Numbered from the stretch's first letter, positions 39,272 through 57,514 are shown. The stretch: DNA of 64,000 nucleotides from Acidimicrobiaceae bacterium (GCA_003159795.1 PLPK01000018.1:1394-65393), one strand, 5' to 3'. The notes: generated by a model from the sequence alone, not told the origin. Numbers and translations: made by a program.

Positions 39272-40720
39272 TCAGTTCCGGCGGGCCTCCAACAGGGCCG
39301 CGACGGCCTTGCCGTTCGCCCGGCCCCGGGTCGACCGCATGACCGCGCCGAGGAGGAACTGGGCCACCTTGGCGTCACCTTGCCGGTAGCGGTCCCACTC
39401 GGCCGGGTGCGCCGCGATGGCGGCGTCGACCGCCGCCTCGAGCTCGGCCGGATCGAGGGCCTCGAACCCGAGGCGGGTGGCGATCTGCGCAGGCTCGCCG
39501 CCATCCTCGAGCATCGCGGCGAGGACCGATTTCGACTGCGTCGCCGACAACTTTCCGGCGGCCTCCAGCTTCACGAGCTCGGCGAATGCCGCGGGGTCGA
39601 GGGCGCGGGCCTCGTCGGGGCGGTTGGCCGCCTCGTTCGACGCCCGGGCGAGCGCGAGGCGCGCGTCGGCGCCGGCGCCGGCCGCCGCGGCCACGAGATC
39701 GTCGAGCCCGAGGCCGACGACGGTGGCGAGCTGGTCGACCGGGGCGGGTGCACCGTCCGCCGCGACGAGCTCGGCGAGCCGGTGACGCCGCGCCGCCGGC
39801 AGGGGGCCGAGCGCGGCCGCCACCGCGGCGACCTCCTCCGCGCTTGGGACCAACGGCACGAGGTCGGGCTCGGTGAAGTACCGGTAGTCGTAGGCCTCCT
39901 CTTTCGAGCGCAGCGACGAGGTGCGGCCCTCCTCCTCGTTCCAGTGACGGGTCTCCTGCGCGACGGTCCCGCCCGCCTCGAGGATGCCGATCTGGCGGGC
40001 CGCCTCGTAGTCGACGGCCCGCCCGAGGGAGCGCAGCGAGTTGAGGTTCTTCACCTCGCTGCGGGTCCCGTACTCGGCATCGCCCGCCCGGCGGACCGAG
40101 ATGTTGGCGTCGACGCGCAGCGAGCCCTCCTCCATGCGGCCGTCGGAGGTCCCTGTCGCGACGAGGATGGCCCGCAGCTCGGTCACGTAGCTGCGGGCTT
40201 GCTCGGCGCTGCGAATGTCCGGGGCGGAGACGATCTCGACGAGCGGCACGCCAGCGCGGTTGTAGTCGACGAGCGAGTAATCGGCGTCGTGGATCCGCCC
40301 GCCCCCGCCGACATGCGTCGTCTTGCCGGTGTCCTCCTCGATGTGGGCCCGCACGATGCCGACGAGCGTGCCGTCGGCGAGCTCGATGTGGCCGCCGACG
40401 TTGATCGGCGCGTCGTACTGGCTGATCTGGTAGTCCTTCGGCATGTCGGGGTAGAAGTAGTTCTTCCGGTGGAAGACCGACGCCTCGACCGAGGAGCCGA
40501 GCGCCGTCCCAATCCGCATCGCGAACTCGACGGCGCGGGCGTTCAGCACCGGAAGCGACCCGGGCAGCCCGAGGCATACCGGGCACACGTTCGTGTTCGG
40601 CTCGGACCCGAAGGCGTTCGGGCACGAGCAGAACAGCTTCGTCACCGTCGACAGCTCGCAGTGCACCTCGAGCCCGACGACGGTCTCCCAGCCGCGGGCC
40701 GCCGACCCGTTCTCCGTCAT
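39272..40720 (-). CDS. gatB: Asp-tRNA(Asn)/Glu-tRNA(Gln) amidotransferase subunit B.
   Basis: The N-terminus [25 protein letters not shown] and a C-terminal YqeY-like domain fit GatB. Its start overlaps the gatA stop. Confidence 0.95.
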   Translation of the reverse strand: MTENGSAARGWETVVGLEVHCELSTVTKLFCSCPNAFGSEPNTNVCPVCLGLPGSLPVLNARAVEFAMRIGTALGSSVEASVFHRKNYFYPDMPKDYQISQYDAPINVGGHIELADGTLVGIVRAHIEEDTGKTTHVGGGGRIHDADYSLVDYNRAGVPLVEIVSAPDIRSAEQARSYVTELRAILVATGTSDGRMEEGSLRVDANISVRRAGDAEYGTRSEVKNLNSLRSLGRAVDYEAARQIGILEAGGTVAQETRHWNEEEGRTSSLRSKEEAYDYRYFTEPDLVPLVPSAEEVAAVAAALGPLPAARRHRLAELVAADGAPAPVDQLATVVGLGLDDLVAAAAGAGADARLALARASNEAANRPDEARALDPAAFAELVKLEAAGKLSATQSKSVLAAMLEDGGEPAQIATRLGFEALDPAELEAAVDAAIAAHPAEWDRYRQGDAKVAQFLLGAVMRSTRGRANGKAVAALLEARRN

Positions 40721-42201
40721 CGGACGGCTCCCGCCAGGCGGGGCTCGATCGGCCCCCGCGCCCCCGGGTCGGCACCATGCTCGATCACGGCGGCGGCGCG
40801 GAACATCGGCCCCTCACCGAGGGTGGGCGCCAGCACCTGGACGCCGACGGGGAGCCCCTCGGACAGCGAGAAGGGCACGCTCACCGCCGGGTGGCCGGCA
40901 AGGTTCGTCGGGATCGTGTAGAGGTCCGACAGGTACATCGCCAGCGGGTCCTGGGTCTTCGCGCCGATCTCGAAGGCGACCGTCGGCGAGGTCGGGCCGA
41001 TCAGCACGTCGAAGTGCTCGTACGCCTCGCCGAAGCCGCGGGCGACGAGCGTACGCACCCGTTGGGCCTGGCCGTAGTAGGCGTCGTAGTACCCGGCGGA
41101 GAGCACGTAGGTGCCGAGCATGATGCGCCTTTTCACCTCGGGGCCGAAACCCTTCGAACGCGAGCGTGCGTTCATCTGGGCCGCGTCGGGGCCGTCGACG
41201 CGCAGGCCGTAGCGGACGCCGTCATAGCGCGCGAGGTTCGACGAGGCCTCGGCCGGCGCGACGAGGTAGTAGGCGGAGAGCCCCAGCATGAGGGCCGGGA
41301 TGGCGACCTCCTCGACGACCGCCCCCGCGCGGCTCAGCACCTCGGCCGCGGCGCGGACCGCGGCGACGCATGACGGGCTCGCGTCGACGAGGAAGTCCGA
41401 GATGACGCCGACCCGCAGGCCCGCGACGCCGGCCTCGAGCTGGCGTGACACCGGCTCCAGGCCGACTTCGAGCGACGTCGAGTCCGCCGGGTCGTGTCCG
41501 GCGATGACGTCGAGGAGGGCCGCCGCGTCGGCGACCGTGGCGGCGAACGGTCCGATCTGGTCGAGCGAGCTCGCGAAGGCGATCAGCCCGTAGCGCGAGA
41601 CCAGCCCGTAGGTCGGCTTGACGCCCACGACCCCGCACAGCGACGCCGGCTGGCGGACCGAACCGCCGGTGTCCGAGCCGAGGGCGAGCGGCACGAGGCC
41701 CGCCGCGACCGAGGCGGCACTGCCCCCGGACGAGCCCCCGGGCACGCGGTTCGGGTCCCACGGGTTGTGGGTCACCCCGTAGGCGGAGTTCTCCGTCGAC
41801 GATCCCATCGCGAACTCGTCGAGGTTCGTCTTGCCGACGGCGACGGCTCCAGCGGCGGCGACCACCTTCACGACCGTCGCGTCGTAGGGCGGCACCCAGC
41901 CCTCGAGGATGCGCGACCCGGCCGTGGTCGGGACCCCGCGCGTGCACAGGTTGTCCTTCAGGGCGAGCGGCACGCCGGCGAGCGGGCCCGGATCACCGCC
42001 CGCCGCGACTACAGCGTCGACGGCGTCGGCAGCGGCGAGGGCGGCGTCGGCGGTCACCGTGAGGAAGCAGTGGAGCGCGCCGTCGAACGAAGCGATGCGC
42101 TCGAGCGCGGCCTCGACGACCTCGCGGGCGCGGACCTCGCCGGCGCGGACCGCCCGGGCGATCTCGAGTGCGCTGGTGGGGTACTCGAACACGGCGCTCA
42201 C
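40717..42201 (-). CDS. gatA: Glu-tRNA(Gln) amidotransferase subunit A (amidase signature family).
   Basis: The amidase signature [14 protein letters not shown] is present. It lies between gatC and gatB with 4-nt overlaps at both ends. Confidence 0.95.
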   Translation of the reverse strand: MSAVFEYPTSALEIARAVRAGEVRAREVVEAALERIASFDGALHCFLTVTADAALAAADAVDAVVAAGGDPGPLAGVPLALKDNLCTRGVPTTAGSRILEGWVPPYDATVVKVVAAAGAVAVGKTNLDEFAMGSSTENSAYGVTHNPWDPNRVPGGSSGGSAASVAAGLVPLALGSDTGGSVRQPASLCGVVGVKPTYGLVSRYGLIAFASSLDQIGPFAATVADAAALLDVIAGHDPADSTSLEVGLEPVSRQLEAGVAGLRVGVISDFLVDASPSCVAAVRAAAEVLSRAGAVVEEVAIPALMLGLSAYYLVAPAEASSNLARYDGVRYGLRVDGPDAAQMNARSRSKGFGPEVKRRIMLGTYVLSAGYYDAYYGQAQRVRTLVARGFGEAYEHFDVLIGPTSPTVAFEIGAKTQDPLAMYLSDLYTIPTNLAGHPAVSVPFSLSEGLPVGVQVLAPTLGEGPMFRAAAVIEHGADPGARGPIEPRLAGAVR

Positions 42202-42500
42202 GGAGCCTCGCCCAGGATGGGCGGGACCCTGAACCGGCCGCCCTCAGCGTGCGGCGCCTGGGAGAGCACCTCGTCACGCGGAAGCGTCGGCCCGGGGGTG
42301 TCCGGGCGCAGAACGTTCGCCAGTTCGAGCGGGTGCGCCGTGGCGGGCACGGCGGTCGTGTCGAGCCCGGTCACCGCGGCGACATGGTCGAGGATCGAAC
42401 CGAGCTGCGCGGCGTACAGATCGACCTCGCTGGGTTCGAGATCGAGACGGGCGAGTCGCGCGACGTAGACGACATCATCACGGGAGAAGCCTTCGGTCAC
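42198..42500 (-). CDS. gatC: Glu-tRNA(Gln) amidotransferase subunit C.
   Basis: The sequence [31 protein letters not shown] is typical of GatC. The start is trimmed to GTG at 42500 to give the family-typical ~100 aa. Confidence 0.85.
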   Translation of the reverse strand: MTEGFSRDDVVYVARLARLDLEPSEVDLYAAQLGSILDHVAAVTGLDTTAVPATAHPLELANVLRPDTPGPTLPRDEVLSQAPHAEGGRFRVPPILGEAP

Positions 42501-42598
42501 CCCCGTATCGTACAGAGCCACCAGATGACGCAGAATCGACAGGTAGTCTGCTCCCACGGGCAGGGACACCGCGGGTGCCCGCCGGGGATCGGAGAACC

Positions 42599-43009
42599 GT
42601 GGCGACGAGGCAGGCGTTCTTGAGCGACGAGTGGGTCGCGGCCGCGCGGGCGATCTACGCCCGACACGCCGACTCGGCCGCGCCGGCGACCACGAGCGTC
42701 CGGATCAACCTCGTCATCGAGGACGTGCCCTTCGGAGAGGGGACGATGCTCGCGCACATCGACACCTCGACGGGTTTCGCCGACATCGACCTCGGCCACC
42801 TCGCGGATCCCGAGCTCACCGTGCACCTCGACTACCAGCTGGCGAGGACCGTGCTCGTCGAGGGCGACGCGCAGGCCGGGTTCGAAGCCTTCATGGCCGG
42901 CCGGGTCCGCATGGAGGGCGACGTGACGAAGTTGCTCACCTTCCAGCAGGCGACGCCCAGCCCGAGTCAGATCGCGATCGCCGGGGAGATCCGCGCCATC
43001 ACCGGCTAG
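42599..43009 (+). CDS. SCP2 sterol-binding-domain protein.
   Basis: The C-terminal motif FEAFMAGRVRMEGDVTKLLTFQQ matches the SCP2 fold signature. The GTG at 42599 follows GGAGAA. The listed start at 42575 is also possible. Confidence 0.7.
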   Translation: MATRQAFLSDEWVAAARAIYARHADSAAPATTSVRINLVIEDVPFGEGTMLAHIDTSTGFADIDLGHLADPELTVHLDYQLARTVLVEGDAQAGFEAFMAGRVRMEGDVTKLLTFQQATPSPSQIAIAGEIRAITG

Positions 43010-43015
43010 AGGCGC

Positions 43016-46191
<3,176 letters not shown>

Positions 46192-46195
46192 GCGC

Positions 46196-47374
46196 TCAGT
46201 CTCCCATCGCGTCCAGCCCGGTGAGCGACGCCGCAGCCGCGGCGACGACGTCGGCCGCGAAGTCGATCTCGGCCTCGGTCGTCGCCGGCCCGAGCGTGAA
46301 CCGCACCGCCTCGCGGACGGCGGGACCCCGCCAGCCCATCGCGCGCAGGACGTGGCTCGGCTCGATCGCCCCCGAGGAGCACGCCGAGCCCGCCGACGCG
46401 GCGACGCCGGCCTCGTCGATCAGGAAGAGGAGCTCCTCGGCGGCCACGCCGGGAAACCGGACGTGGGCGTGCCCGGGCGCCGTGAGATCCCGCGGGGCCG
46501 ACTCGACCATCCCCGGCACCGCCTCGGTGAGCCCGTCGAGGAACCGGTCGCGCAGCCGCCGCGTCCTCGCACACGCCCCGGCGCGCTCGTCCACCGTGGC
46601 GCGGGCCGCCGCGGCCATGGCGACGATCCCCGCGACGTTCTCGGTCCCCGGCCGCAGGCCCCGCTCCTGGCCGCCCCCGGCGCAGATTGCCCCGAGCGCG
46701 CCCACGGCGCGCCGGCGCACGACGAGCGCGCCCACCCCCTTCGGGCCGCCGAACTTGTGGGCCGACACCGATACGAGATCACACTCGGCGAGCTCAACGG
46801 CCACGTCGCGCCACACCACCGCTTGCACGGCGTCGCTGTGGACGAGAGCCCGGGGGGCGGCCCGGCGTACCGAGGCCACGACGTCATCGAGCGGCTGGAC
46901 GGTCCCGACCTCGTTGTTCACCGCCATCACGCTCACGAGGGTCGCCGTCTCGTCGAGGGCGAGGGCCAGCGCGTCGAGGTCGACGACGCCCTGGGCCGTC
47001 ACACCCACAATCCGCGCGCCGACGCGGCGTGCCGGGTTAAGGACGGCGTCGTGCTCGATCGCGCTCGTGACGACGAGCCCACCGACCCGCCCGTGCACGC
47101 CGAGCACGGCGAGGTTGTCGGCCTCGGTGCCGCCCGAGGTGAATACGACCTCGCCCGGCGCGCAGCCCAGCACGGACGCCATCTCATCTCTGGCGTCGTC
47201 GAGCGCCCGCCGGGCCCGCCGGGCCGCGGCGTGAACGCCGGACGGGTTGGCGAACTCGGCCGTGCAGTACGGCAGCATCGCCGCGACCGCCTCGGCACGC
47301 ATCGGCGTCGTCGCGGCATGGTCGAGATAGGCGCCCCGCGATCCGGTTCGGCCGTCAGGCCCGGAATGCTCCAT
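46196..47374 (-). CDS. Cysteine desulfurase (NifS/IscS class V aminotransferase).
   Basis: The motifs YLDHAATTP, FTSGGTEADN, SAHKFGGPKG (PLP lysine) and GSACSSG (catalytic Cys) are present. The listed 1014-aa ORF is trimmed to ATG at 47374. Confidence 0.92.
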   Translation of the reverse strand: MEHSGPDGRTGSRGAYLDHAATTPMRAEAVAAMLPYCTAEFANPSGVHAAARRARRALDDARDEMASVLGCAPGEVVFTSGGTEADNLAVLGVHGRVGGLVVTSAIEHDAVLNPARRVGARIVGVTAQGVVDLDALALALDETATLVSVMAVNNEVGTVQPLDDVVASVRRAAPRALVHSDAVQAVVWRDVAVELAECDLVSVSAHKFGGPKGVGALVVRRRAVGALGAICAGGGQERGLRPGTENVAGIVAMAAAARATVDERAGACARTRRLRDRFLDGLTEAVPGMVESAPRDLTAPGHAHVRFPGVAAEELLFLIDEAGVAASAGSACSSGAIEPSHVLRAMGWRGPAVREAVRFTLGPATTEAEIDFAADVVAAAAASLTGLDAMGD

Positions 47375-47412
47375 GGGCGTCCAGTCCACTCGATGGGCGG
47401 CGCGCGCGCCTA

Positions 47413-48777
47413 TCAGGAGCCGGGGGACGTCACGCCGTAGCGGCGCTCGCGGGCCATAGTCAGCACGGCCAGCAGCGCCTCGACGACGGCCGGGTCCGCC
47501 GGCAGCAGGCTGGGGATGTCGCGGGTGGCGAGATACCCCTCGAAAAAGGCCCGCCGGTTGCGCGCCACCCAGGCCCGGGCGAGGCGGGAGGCACGCTCGA
47601 CCTCGACGACCGGCCGCAGGGCGAGCGCCTCCCGGGCGACGCGGTCGATGGAAAACCACATGTCGGCGAGATCCTCGATCGGCGTGCCAGATCGCGGGCA
47701 CAGCGAAGTGAGCGAGAGCGCGTCGGCGAACAAGGGATCGTCGCCGAACCCGACGACGACCCAACCTGTCTCGCCGCGCATCACGCGGCGCAGGTGGAAG
47801 TCGCCGTGGACCCGGATCGCCGACCCGGCCTCGCCGTGGCGGATCGTCCCAAGGCGCGCGACGAGGTCCGCGCTGCCCGGGGCGGGGGGCCCCGCCTTCG
47901 GCGCCCCGAACCCGTTCGCGCTCAGGCCCGCGATCTCGTCGGCGAGCGTCGCCGGCTCGACCTCGGTCACCCCGAAGGCGTCGGCCAGCGCGAGATGCAT
48001 CCGCGCGGCCGTTCCTCCGAGGCGCCTCATCTCCGAGGCGAGATCCCCGCCCGCCGCGGCCACCGCCGCGGCGGGATCGAAGGCGAGCCCGGGGCCGAGG
48101 AGGCCGGGACGCGGGTCGGCCCGGACGTAGCCGGAGACGCGGGCCAGCAGGTCCCGCAACGAGGTGAGCGCCAACAGCCGCCCCTCGAGCGCCGAAGGGA
48201 GGAACTCGCGCACGAGCGCGAGGTCCAACCCATCGGCGGCCCACACCGCCACCGGCGCGAGGATCGCGTTGAAACCGACGGCGTCGAGCTTCATCGCCAC
48301 CTCGATCTCCGGACGGGAGGTGTCCTCGAGCACCCGGTAGCACTTCATGAGGAACCGCCCGTCGTAGACGAGCGAGGCGTGGGAAACGGCCGTCGCGACC
48401 TGCCGGACGTGGCGCGCGGTCTCCCGCCCCCCGGTCGCGAGGCGGAACAGACCGAGCGCGAGCTCGTCGTCGGCCAGCGCGTCGTAGACGAGCACGCTGC
48501 GCTGGCCCTCGAGGGCCGAGCCGAAGATCGCGCCCTCGCGCCCATGGAGCGCCTGCGACGCCTCGGCGGCGTCGCGCCACCCCGCGAAGACGCTGAAGTG
48601 CCGGCCACGGCACTGGAGGAGCAGGCGGCACAGCGGCGGCGACGCCTCGTTGAGCATCTCGGAATTGACGAGCTCGATCTCGTCGGCGCGAGCCCCCGGC
48701 GTCGTCAGCTGGAACCACGGCTGGCGGTCGAGGTACGCCCGGGCGAGGGCGCCCAGCTCGGCGGGCACGAGGACCAT
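47413..48777 (-). CDS. mak: Maltokinase (Pep2/Mak; aminoglycoside-phosphotransferase fold).
   Basis: The kinase motif VHGDFHLRRVMR and the C-terminal WVARNRRAFFEGY resemble mycobacterial Pep2. Its start abuts the treS stop with no gap. Confidence 0.8.
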   Translation of the reverse strand: MVLVPAELGALARAYLDRQPWFQLTTPGARADEIELVNSEMLNEASPPLCRLLLQCRGRHFSVFAGWRDAAEASQALHGREGAIFGSALEGQRSVLVYDALADDELALGLFRLATGGRETARHVRQVATAVSHASLVYDGRFLMKCYRVLEDTSRPEIEVAMKLDAVGFNAILAPVAVWAADGLDLALVREFLPSALEGRLLALTSLRDLLARVSGYVRADPRPGLLGPGLAFDPAAAVAAAGGDLASEMRRLGGTAARMHLALADAFGVTEVEPATLADEIAGLSANGFGAPKAGPPAPGSADLVARLGTIRHGEAGSAIRVHGDFHLRRVMRGETGWVVVGFGDDPLFADALSLTSLCPRSGTPIEDLADMWFSIDRVAREALALRPVVEVERASRLARAWVARNRRAFFEGYLATRDIPSLLPADPAVVEALLAVLTMARERRYGVTSPGS

Positions 48778-50502
<1,725 letters not shown>

Positions 50503-50518
50503 TTCGCGCGCCCGCCCG

Positions 50519-51793
50519 TCACGGCGCGGCGGTGGGCTGGTCGTCCCCGCGGGTGACGTCGGCGCCGAGGGCCCGCAGCTTCCCGTCAAAGTTCTCGTAG
50601 CCCCGGTCGATGTGCTCGATCCCCGTCACGAGCGTCTCGCCGTCGGCGACGAGCCCCGCCAGGACGAGTGCCGCCCCGGCCCGGATGTCCGGGGCCCGCA
50701 CCGGCGCACCGGACAGCCGCGGCACCCCGCGTACGACGGCGTGGTGGCCCTCGGTGCGGATGTCCGCCCCCATCCGGCGCAGCTCGTCGACATAGCGGAA
50801 CCTTCCCGCGTAGATATTCTCGCTCACGATCGCCACACCCTCGGCAATCGCGAGCACGGTCACGAGCAACGGCTTGTAGTCCGTGGCCACTCCCGGATAC
50901 GGCAGCGTCGACACGTCGACGGCGTTTGGCCGGCCCTCGAACCGGGCCGAGATCCCGGACAACGTCGGCTCGATCGAGACCCCCATCGCGCTGAGCTTCT
51001 CGAGGTACATGTCCATGTGCTCGGGGTGGGCGCCGCGTACGTGGACCTCCCCGCCGGCGATCGCCACCGCGGCGAGGAAGGTCGCGGCCTCGACGCGGTC
51101 GGCGACGGCCCGGTGCGAGGCCGCGTGGAGCTCGTCGACGCCCTCGACCTCGATACGCGAGGTCCCCGCCCCCGAGATGTGGGCACCCATCGCGCAGAGC
51201 AGACCGGCGAGGTCCTGCACTTCGGGTTCGCGGGCCGCGTTCTCGATCACCGTCGTCCCCTTGGCGAGCACCGCCGCCGACAGGATGTTGTCCGTCGCCG
51301 TGTGGCTCGGGTACTCGAGGACCACGCGCGTGCCCACGAAGCGGTCGCACCGCCCCTCGACGTAGCCGTGCTCCGTCGTGAACTTGGCGCCTAGCTCGCC
51401 GAGCGCCCGCAGGTGCATGTCGATCGGTCGCGAGCCGAAGTCGTCGCCGCCGGGCAGCGACACCCGCGCGAAGTGGTGCCGGGCCAACAGCGGCCCGAGA
51501 ACGACGATCGACGCCCGCATCCGCTCGACAAGCTCGTAGGGCGCGACCGGCGTGCAGACGGCGGGGGTGGTGACGAGGAGGTCACCGGACTCGTCCCGCC
51601 GGACCTCCGCCCCGATCGCCGTGAGGACCTCCCCCATCGTCTCGACGTCGGTGATGCGCGGCACGTTCTCGAGGCGCGTCGTCCCCTCGGCGAGCAACGA
51701 GGCGGCCATGAGCTTCAGAACCGAGTTCTTGGCGCCCTGTACGGTGACCTCGCCGGCGAGCGGCCCCGCGGAGCGCACGGTGAACAACTGCAT
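50519..51793 (-). CDS. murA: UDP-N-acetylglucosamine 1-carboxyvinyltransferase.
   Basis: The N-terminus [24 protein letters not shown] and the EPSP-synthase-fold length (424 aa) fit MurA. The start is trimmed to ATG at 51793. Confidence 0.94.
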   Translation of the reverse strand: MQLFTVRSAGPLAGEVTVQGAKNSVLKLMAASLLAEGTTRLENVPRITDVETMGEVLTAIGAEVRRDESGDLLVTTPAVCTPVAPYELVERMRASIVVLGPLLARHHFARVSLPGGDDFGSRPIDMHLRALGELGAKFTTEHGYVEGRCDRFVGTRVVLEYPSHTATDNILSAAVLAKGTTVIENAAREPEVQDLAGLLCAMGAHISGAGTSRIEVEGVDELHAASHRAVADRVEAATFLAAVAIAGGEVHVRGAHPEHMDMYLEKLSAMGVSIEPTLSGISARFEGRPNAVDVSTLPYPGVATDYKPLLVTVLAIAEGVAIVSENIYAGRFRYVDELRRMGADIRTEGHHAVVRGVPRLSGAPVRAPDIRAGAALVLAGLVADGETLVTGIEHIDRGYENFDGKLRALGADVTRGDDQPTAAP

Positions 51794-51879
51794 CGGGCAA
51801 ACGCTACCGCCTCGCCGCGGGCTCGATACCCGCCCCCGGCTCGTCCCTCCGGCTCGCCGCGGGCGGCAACGCCGCAGGG

Positions 51880-52920
51880 TCAGCCCACCCGGCGCCCGAG
51901 TGCCACGGTGCGCCACGCGCTCGTGTACCCGCTGAATTCGCCGGCGCGCGCGTAGCCCTGGTGGGTGAGGAAGCTGTCGACGGGCCCGTCGGCGACGGCG
52001 AGGACGAAGACCCACGCGCAGCCGCGCGCCGCCGCGATCCGTTCGAGCGCCCGCACGAGCTGCCCGCCGATGCCCTCGCCGCGCCGGTGCTCGTCAAGGC
52101 GCCACCGGTGGATCGCGGCGGAGCCGGATCCGATCGTCCCGACGACGGCCGCGACGGGCTGGTCGTCGGCGTACGCGGTCAGTACGAACGGATCCCCGGT
52201 CGGTGGGATCCTTGCGACCGCGCCCGTCACGTCCTCGCCCGGGGTGGCGTCCGCCCACACGTCCGCCTCGGGGTCGAGGATCGTCGAGGCGACGAAGGTG
52301 AGCTCGCGACCTCCCCGGCCGACGGTCGACCCAGAGCCGAGGACGACGTCGGCGATGACGCGCCACGGATGGCGGGGAGCGACCTCGTCCTGCTCGCAGA
52401 GCATGACCGACGCGAGCGTCACCGTCAGCTGGAAGTCGGCCAGCACTTCAAGCGCGGCGGCTATCCGGGGTCCCTCCACACGCCCGCCGACCGTGACGTG
52501 CGGGACGAAGGGACGCTCGCGGCGCGCGATCTCCGGGATGAGCGGCGCGACGGCGAGCTGGCGCCGTAGTCCGGCGATCCTCGCCGTGTCCCCGGCGACC
52601 TCGAGGTAGACGACCGGCGTGCGCGGGGCGAACGTGCGCGCCGGCCCGATCCTCACCACGGCCGGGTCCTCACGGGCGGCGGACCGGAGCTGCCGGAGCA
52701 CATCGACGAGCTCCTCGTCGCGCACGTTGACGGGGGGGACGAGTGTGACGTGCGGGTTGATGCGCCCGAGCCCGGACCCGCCGAGGGCGCGCCGCAGGCC
52801 GTCGATCTCGGCGCCCTCCGGCCCGGCGACCGGCATCGCGAGGAGCAGGCGTCTGCGGGCCGCTGACCGCGCCACACGCCGGCGCGCGGCCGAGTCCGGC
52901 TGGTCTTGGTCGGGCGTCAC
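51880..52920 (-). CDS. Fusion protein: N-terminal 2H phosphoesterase (LigT/2'-5' RNA ligase-like) plus C-terminal GNAT acetyltransferase.
   Basis: There are two H-x-T motifs (NPHVTLVPP, VPHVTVGG) about 95 aa apart. A GNAT motif A is present (HRRGEGIGGQLVRALERIAAARG). The GTG start overlaps the atpC stop (GTGA). Confidence 0.7.
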   Translation of the reverse strand: MTPDQDQPDSAARRRVARSAARRRLLLAMPVAGPEGAEIDGLRRALGGSGLGRINPHVTLVPPVNVRDEELVDVLRQLRSAAREDPAVVRIGPARTFAPRTPVVYLEVAGDTARIAGLRRQLAVAPLIPEIARRERPFVPHVTVGGRVEGPRIAAALEVLADFQLTVTLASVMLCEQDEVAPRHPWRVIADVVLGSGSTVGRGGRELTFVASTILDPEADVWADATPGEDVTGAVARIPPTGDPFVLTAYADDQPVAAVVGTIGSGSAAIHRWRLDEHRRGEGIGGQLVRALERIAAARGCAWVFVLAVADGPVDSFLTHQGYARAGEFSGYTSAWRTVALGRRVG

Positions 52921-53429
52921 GTCGACGCGGTGGCCCCCGCCGCTTCGAGACGGACCCGGGCGCGGCGGATCGCGGCCTGCGGCGAGGCGGGGTCCGGATC
53001 CATGGGCGCGACGGGAGACTTTCTCGGACCCGCGGCCCGTTCCGGGGCCTCGGGCTCCGGCGCCGCCGGGGTCCCATCACCGACCCGGCCCTCGGCGGCG
53101 ACCAGGGCGGCGCGCGCGCGGGCGACGTCGATCTCGTGATCGAGCTCGGCCACACCGGCCAGGATGACGACACCCTCGCCATCGACGTGGACGAATCCGC
53201 CGTGGACGGCGGCGCGCAGCTCGGTCGACCCCTGCCCGGCCCCGCCGTCGCCGTCGCGTCCCACGACGCCGATGCGCACGACGGTCACGTCGACGACGCC
53301 CACGTAGTCCTCGTGGCCGGCGAGGAAGGTGATCTCACCCTCGACGGCGCGCAGCGAGACCTCGTCGGCCTCACCGGAGAACAGCACCCTCTCGGGTGTC
53401 ACAAGTTCGACCTGGAACGGGGTCCCCAC
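52917..53429 (-). CDS. atpC: F1 ATP synthase epsilon subunit, with an internal Gly/Asp insert and a Pro-rich C-terminal extension.
   Basis: The N-terminus FQVELVTPERVLFSGEADEVSLRAVEGEITFLAGH is canonical epsilon. It is the last gene of the atp order. At 170 aa it is longer than the usual ~120-140 aa. Confidence 0.9.
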   Translation of the reverse strand: MGTPFQVELVTPERVLFSGEADEVSLRAVEGEITFLAGHEDYVGVVDVTVVRIGVVGRDGDGGAGQGSTELRAAVHGGFVHVDGEGVVILAGVAELDHEIDVARARAALVAAEGRVGDGTPAAPEPEAPERAAGPRKSPVAPMDPDPASPQAAIRRARVRLEAAGATAST

Positions 53430-53444
53430 GTTCGTCCGGCCCGC

Positions 53445-55846
<2,402 letters not shown>

Positions 55847-55849
55847 CGC

Positions 55850-57502
55850 TCAGCCCTGCGGACCGGCCGGCGTGGCGCCGCCGTCCGCCCCATCCGCGGG
55901 ACCCGGTTCCGGATCAGGGGGCGTGGCGCCGCCGTCCGGCTCATCCGCGGGACCCGGTTCCGGATCAGGGGGCGCGGCGCCACCGTCCGGCTCATCGGCG
56001 AAGCCCGTCACCACGTCCTTGATCGCCGCTTCGAAGGCGGCGACGTCTGGCAGCGTGCCCGTCGTGCGGATGTGTTCGAGCATCTCGGGGTGCACCGTGT
56101 GGAAGTCGGCGCGCAGCACCGCCTCGAAGCGCCTGACGTCGTCGACTTTGACCGTGTCGGTGAATCCGTTCACACCGGCGTAGATGACGATGATCTCCTC
56201 TTCGACCGGCATCGGCTCGTTGTGGCCCTGCTTCAGCAGCTCGATCAGGCGGTAGCCACGGTCGAGCTGGGCCTGGGAGGCCTTGTCGAGCTCGGAGCCG
56301 AAGGTCGCGAACGCCTCGAGGTCTCGGAACTGGGCGAGGTCGATCTTCAGCGAACCGACGACCGACTTCATGGCGTTCACCTGGGCTGCACCGCCGACGC
56401 GCGAGACGGAATTGCCGATGTTCATCGCGGGGCGGACCCCCGAGTTGAAAAGATCGGTCTCGAGGAAGATCTGGCCGTCGGTGATCGAGATCACGTTCGT
56501 CGGGATGTAGGCCGCGATGTCCCCCGCCTTCGTCTCGATGATCGGCAGCGCAGTCAGCGATCCACCCCCGAACTCGTCGGAGAGCTTGGCGGCACGTTCG
56601 AGCAGGCGGCTGTGGAGGTAGAAGATGTCGCCCGGGTAGGCCTCGCGCCCCGGGGGCCGGCGGAGCAGCAGTGACAGCTGCCGGTAGGCGTCGGCCTGTT
56701 TCGAGAGGTCGTCGTAGACGATGAGGGCGTGCTCGCCGCGCTCCATCCAGTGCTGCCCCATCGCGCAACCGGCGTAGGGCGCGAGGTACTTGAACGGCGC
56801 CGGTTCGGAGGCGGGAGCCGCGACGACGACCGTGAATTCGAGCGCGTCGTGCGCGGCGAGGGTCGCGACCACCTGCGCGACCGTCGATCCCTTCTGGCCG
56901 ATCGCGACGTAGATGCATTTCACGCCCTTGCCGCGCTGGTTGATGATCGTGTCGACGGCGATCGTCGTCTTGCCGGTCTTACGGTCGCCGATGATGAGCT
57001 CGCGCTGGCCCCGGCCGATCGGGGTGACGGCGTCGATGACCTTGATGCCGGTCTGCAACGGCTCGCACACCGGCTGGCGCTTCATCACCCCCGGCGCCTG
57101 CACCTCGAGGCGGCGCAGCTCCACGTCGCCCAGCGGACCCTTCCCGTCGATCGGCTCGCCGAGAGGGTTGACCACCCGCCCGAGGAGCGCGTCGCCCACG
57201 GGGACCGACAGGATCCTCCCCGTGGTGCGCACGGCCTGTCCTTCATCGAGCCCCGCGACCTCGCCGAGCACGATCGCGCCGATCTCCTCCTCGTCGAGGT
57301 TGAGCGCGAGGCCATAGGTTCCGTTCTCGAACTCCAATAGCTCATTCACCGAGGCGTGCGGAAGCCCCGAGATGTGGGCGATCCCGTCGCCGACCTCGCT
57401 GATGCGGCCGACCTGCTCGGCACCGACCTCGATCCTCAGCTCATCGACGTGCCGCGCGAGTACGGCCGTGATCTCGTCGGCATTGATCGACAACTCCGCC
57501 AT
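55850..57502 (-). CDS. atpA: F1 ATP synthase alpha subunit with a ~45-aa acidic Pro-rich C-terminal extension.
   Basis: The Walker [10 protein letters not shown] and canonical alpha sequence run to about ...[11 protein letters not shown]. The tail [48 protein letters not shown] follows. Confidence 0.96.
   Translation of the reverse strand: MAELSINADEITAVLARHVDELRIEVGAEQVGRISEVGDGIAHISGLPHASVNELLEFENGTYGLALNLDEEEIGAIVLGEVAGLDEGQAVRTTGRILSVPVGDALLGRVVNPLGEPIDGKGPLGDVELRRLEVQAPGVMKRQPVCEPLQTGIKVIDAVTPIGRGQRELIIGDRKTGKTTIAVDTIINQRGKGVKCIYVAIGQKGSTVAQVVATLAAHDALEFTVVVAAPASEPAPFKYLAPYAGCAMGQHWMERGEHALIVYDDLSKQADAYRQLSLLLRRPPGREAYPGDIFYLHSRLLERAAKLSDEFGGGSLTALPIIETKAGDIAAYIPTNVISITDGQIFLETDLFNSGVRPAMNIGNSVSRVGGAAQVNAMKSVVGSLKIDLAQFRDLEAFATFGSELDKASQAQLDRGYRLIELLKQGHNEPMPVEEEIIVIYAGVNGFTDTVKVDDVRRFEAVLRADFHTVHPEMLEHIRTTGTLPDVAAFEAAIKDVVTGFADEPDGGAAPPDPEPGPADEPDGGATPPDPEPGPADGADGGATPAGPQG
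55869..56000. repeat. 51-bp direct tandem repeat (~2.6 copies) inside the 3' end of atpA.
   Basis: Units at 55869-55919 and 55920-55970 differ at only a few positions. A third, partial unit spans 55971-56000. The unit length is a multiple of 3 and encodes the 17-aa repeat of the alpha C-terminal tail. Confidence 0.9.
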
Positions 57503-57514
57503 GTCCAGCCTTTC

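Noticed and set aside
55869-56000. Regularly spaced direct repeats, considered as a possible mini-CRISPR or mobile-element terminus.
   Set aside because: The units are contiguous with no spacers. There are only ~2.6 copies, the unit length is a multiple of three, and they lie in frame inside atpA. This is a coding tandem duplication.
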